Source: Octopus bimaculoides (taxonomy: Eukaryota). Taken from it: a stretch of 33,522 bases of DNA. The first letter of the stretch is position 1; each line of letters starts with the position of its first letter. The stretch lies in assembly GCF_001194135.2 (NCBI RefSeq), contig NC_068993.1:35232383-35265904 (forward strand). The letters run 5' to 3'. The notes under the pieces are model-generated. The model did no database searches. It was given only the letters and a program-made list of their open reading frames with translations, and was not told the DNA's origin. This document shows positions 33,474 to 33,522 of this stretch, in pieces. A program made the position numbers and the translations under genes.

Positions 33474-33522
<49 letters not shown>
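33450..33522. repeat. (TA/TATG) then (GT)n microsatellite running off the window end
   Basis: Direct inspection. Confidence 0.95.

Overview
AT-rich eukaryotic (animal) genomic DNA, dense in microsatellites and with five N-gaps. The SINE families look like those I recall from Octopus/coleoid cephalopods; this is inferred, not searched. The only confident host coding sequence is one 1,042-bp internal exon on the minus strand (9460-10501) of an NMDA-type ionotropic glutamate receptor with GluN3-like signatures, covering the end of the ATD, S1, M1, M2 and M3. The rest reads as intron or intergenic DNA filled with decayed mobile elements: a near full-length mariner, a Chapaev/CMC-type DNA transposon, a pogo/Tigger remnant, two RTE-clade LINE 3' ends, several tRNA-derived SINEs and several Penelope-like (PLE) pieces. 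The most interesting signals are: (1) three hammerhead-ribozyme-like motifs, one nearly complete and one inside a ~260-bp foldback whose arm also sits next to a PLE RT remnant; (2) a His (CAT) at the pore N+1 position that is one A-to-I edit from the Arg of vertebrate GluN3; (3) an ungapped 81-bp hairpin; (4) a well-signalled antisense mini-exon; and (5) a CTCF-motif plus TATA island that may be a solo LTR.
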